NCBI RefSeq assembly: GCF_009914755.1
Contig: NC_060928.1
Direction: 5' to 3' (one strand)
Source of the DNA: the human T2T-CHM13v2.0 reference genome, Homo sapiens
Length of the DNA: 64,000 nt
The notes below the pieces were generated by a model. It did not search any database, was not told where the DNA came from, and saw only the letters and a program-made list of their open reading frames with translations. The stretch's first letter is position 1; every line of letters starts with the position of its first letter. A program made the translations under genes and the position numbers. Shown here in pieces: positions 60,919-64,000 of this stretch.

Positions 60919-63900
60919 AGGAGCAAATACTGCCCTTAGTATTACAGAGTGAAACCTTCAACAATAGGAAGCACACGAGTGTTGGTATTTGAGCAGGGTA
61001 CCAGTGAAGGAAGATTACAAATCATGATTTGTCCTATCTGCACAGTCAGCTACCCAGTATAACCCGAGGCTTGATTCTGGAGTGTCTCCACAGGTGGAAT
61101 AAAATTAGGGGCCAATGAGAAGAGGAGTAAGAGGACCACTCTAAGAGAGGAAGACAAAACCCTTCAAATTCATGAGTCCACTTGTTTCCTAGAGTATAAA
61201 GATGAAACATCAAATTGTGACCCAGCAAAAGACCTACAGAGTGGGAACTGCTCTGTAGCACATATACAAGGAAACTGATGTGATTGGATATTGATTGCAA
61301 TAATGCCTTTGCAAATCCTCTGGTTCTACAGCCCCAGGTCAACTGTATTTGTCTTCTTTCTATCAGAGGAAACCAAGCCCTCAGCTCTCACATGGGCCTG
61401 ACATGGAGGAGATAGATCAATGAAGTGGGAGAAAAGCAGCAATGGTGAGGTGGGAGACGACACCAGCACTTGATATTCTATCTCCAGAAAAGTGGATATT
61501 CAAGATTTGTACCTTAGGCACCATCTGCTCATCCTGATTTCTTTTAATCACCAATGCCAATGTAGAAAGAGAGATGTAACTCTACACCTCTTTGCTTGAG
61601 CTTAGGGTCATTTTCACAACTCCAGAGTTCTGAGAAAACTCTACCTAATGGGGAAAAAGTGTTTATGTTTTTACTCAGTTGTTTCGTTACATAAGTTGAT
61701 TATGTTTGAAAATAAAGTGTATTGTTTGCTAGTTAAGAGTGATAATTCTTATTCACTTGCATTTCAGGAGCCTCCGAATGAGGAAATCATAACTCAGGCA
61801 TTAAAAACTACTTTCTATATTTGAATTACTTTTTATCATTTGTCTGAGACTTGACCATAAAGATGCTATATACATCTAATAAAGCACAGAATTGCGCCCT
61901 CACACAAAGTGGGTTATTTCAGTGATTTGAGGCAGAGAAATCTGTTTCTGAACCCAAGTCACAGGTGGTGGGACTCCTTCATTGTTTGTACCTTGTAAGT
62001 AGAAAGCAAAGGGAAAAGTCAACCAAGCAATCTCAGTTGCCAAGGAGACACAGTATTTTCTATTGAATGAAGAAAAAATATGTGAACTCCCTACTTTTGT
62101 TGACTCACTACAAGTCGATACCAATGATCCTGAATAAATGGTTTGTCAAACAACAGGGCCTTGTTGTCGTTTGCATGGATGGGAACTTCACACAGTGTAA
62201 AAAATCAATACTTACCGATTAATTTCTTTGAGAGTGTGGCCTTGCTAGTATTGCCTTTTATATTACTAAGTAGATTTACTTTCTATATTTCCTCCTTCCT
62301 CATTGCTTAAGGGAACATTTGCAAGATTCATAGTAATGAGTCGATTCAGACTAGTACAATTCAAAATATGCAATTTGATTCATATTCTTCCAGGTTCTGA
62401 ACAGCTACTAGTTTAGAAGCATGCTGAAAACTATGCTATAAATGAGCCTTTCCTATTTGATTGGCTTCACACAGTCTCCAAAGGCCGCTCTCCTTGCTAT
62501 TCGTATATAAGAAGATAGACCTTTGGTTGTGTGGACAGCAGAAGTAAGCAAAAAGAACTCTTGCTCATTCTTGAGGTTCACAAGTTCTAATTATCACAAA
62601 CAGAACATGAGCTGAGCCTGAGACAGCCTACAAAATCACTGTCTATTACTTCTTCAAATGTGGTGCAATATGAGGCCTCTGCTGAGGGAAATATAACCAC
62701 ACCCTGATTGTATTTTTATCTGCTCATCTCATCAAGCTTTGATTTAGCAACAGATGATTAGGCAACCGTTGTTGGAGGATATTGCAAGCTTATAAAACCC
62801 TGAGATTCTTGTTTAACGGAAGGGGATAAAAAAGACATCAGGAAGCATTACAAAAGATTTCTTTAATGTTTATCTGGCCTGTAAAATAGTGAGTACAAGT
62901 AGGAGAATCAGTAAATAGTTATTTAATGACCGATGGCTCTGTGACTAGTATACTGTAGCAAGTCCATAGGAATGAATGCTCATGGAGAAAGGAGGTAAAA
63001 AGTGAAAGAGGGAAAATAATTTCAACAAAAGCAAGATCTGTGTTTTAGATGAATTAATATGAAAATTAATGTACATTTCCTTTAACAAAAACATTCATGT
63101 TCTTAAACGCTCAAGACTCCTAATTACTTTTATGAATATAAATGGCTAGACCTTTGTTACCCGATTGATTATTAGAATTGATTTCCCTGGATAGTCTGTT
63201 TCTTTTCTCATTGATTTAAATGCCCTTTGGAAGTTGAGCTCACAGATTAAAAAAAAAAAAATGTGTCCTTACCAGACGGAAAACAGTATTCTTGGATCCA
63301 GGGTCCTTAGCTCTTTGGATCATTTGGTCTCTTGAAACTCTTAAGGATGAAGGTAGGGACAATGCAGGAACATGGAAACTGAAAATTTTGGGTGTTGGGT
63401 TTGTCCAGTACTGCATCAACTTCATTTTACAGCTTTCTCTTTACCTTGTTTCATTTTCCCCCCCTCCATGGCTTTCCTAAAATTGTCAGTTTCCTGGAAG
63501 ACCCAGACACCAGATCTGTATTGCCTAGCTCTTACTGAATGTTTCAAAGAAATGTTTGGCTACTAATCCACAGTATTATTAAACTGCAACCAAAAGCAAG
63601 CCTAGAGTCTCCTGGTTTAGGTTTTGAGACTACTGTGAATGTGTAAGCTCAAGACAGGTATGTCCCTGCTTGGAAGTAGACAGGAAAATCTTTGCACTGC
63701 TGAATTAAGCTACAAAATCAGCAGTAATTACACACCTGCTTGTTTTTCTCTTACCTCCTGAAATTTCAAAATGTATTGATATTTTAGTGAATATATTATA
63801 AAATAAAATACACTTAATGTATTTTACATTGTCTAAAATCTTACAAGGAATGGCTGAGACATGAGTGACAGAATTGTGCTGATGCTGTAGGACTGACACT

Positions 63901-64000
63901 GGAAGGACAAAAAGAACTAGCATTTGTCTAGCACTTCTCTATTCCAGGCTCCGTGCTAGATGCTTTAAATATAGTATTGGGTTTTACATTTAGAACAACT

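Noticed and set aside
62455-62550. Inverted CCAAT plus TATATAA followed by a GTAAGC donor as a plus-strand promoter
   Set aside because: Implied first exon would be only ~10 nt, there is no CpG enrichment, and such motifs are common in AT-rich DNA.

Overview
Primate, almost certainly human, AT-rich intergenic or intronic DNA. There is no protein-coding gene and no CpG island, and I cannot name the locus. Much of the window is interspersed repeats: L1 (L1MA, L1MC/ME, L1PA), about 13 Alus, L2/MIR, MaLR/ERV solo LTRs (MLT1, MST, THE1B, MER31, LTR22) and DNA-transposon relics (MER82, MER5A, MER58B, MER94, MER20-like). Every recognisable ORF in the track is a broken L1 ORF2 piece or Alu-derived. 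The one RNA-gene relic is a retroposed U13 (SNORD13) copy. I see no new multi-gene system. The most interesting signals are: (i) a MER31 solo LTR flanked exactly by a ~127-bp direct repeat instead of a short TSD; (ii) a twin-primed inverted L1PA3-like insertion; (iii) an LTR22 whose last 32 nt resemble a captured tRNA-Met PBS; (iv) two candidate non-coding exons on opposite strands; (v) a RUNX-motif cluster and a homeobox/SOX-motif-rich unique block; (vi) two near-perfect hairpins in unique DNA. Repeat subfamily names come from my recollection of consensus sequences, and boundaries of old repeats are approximate.
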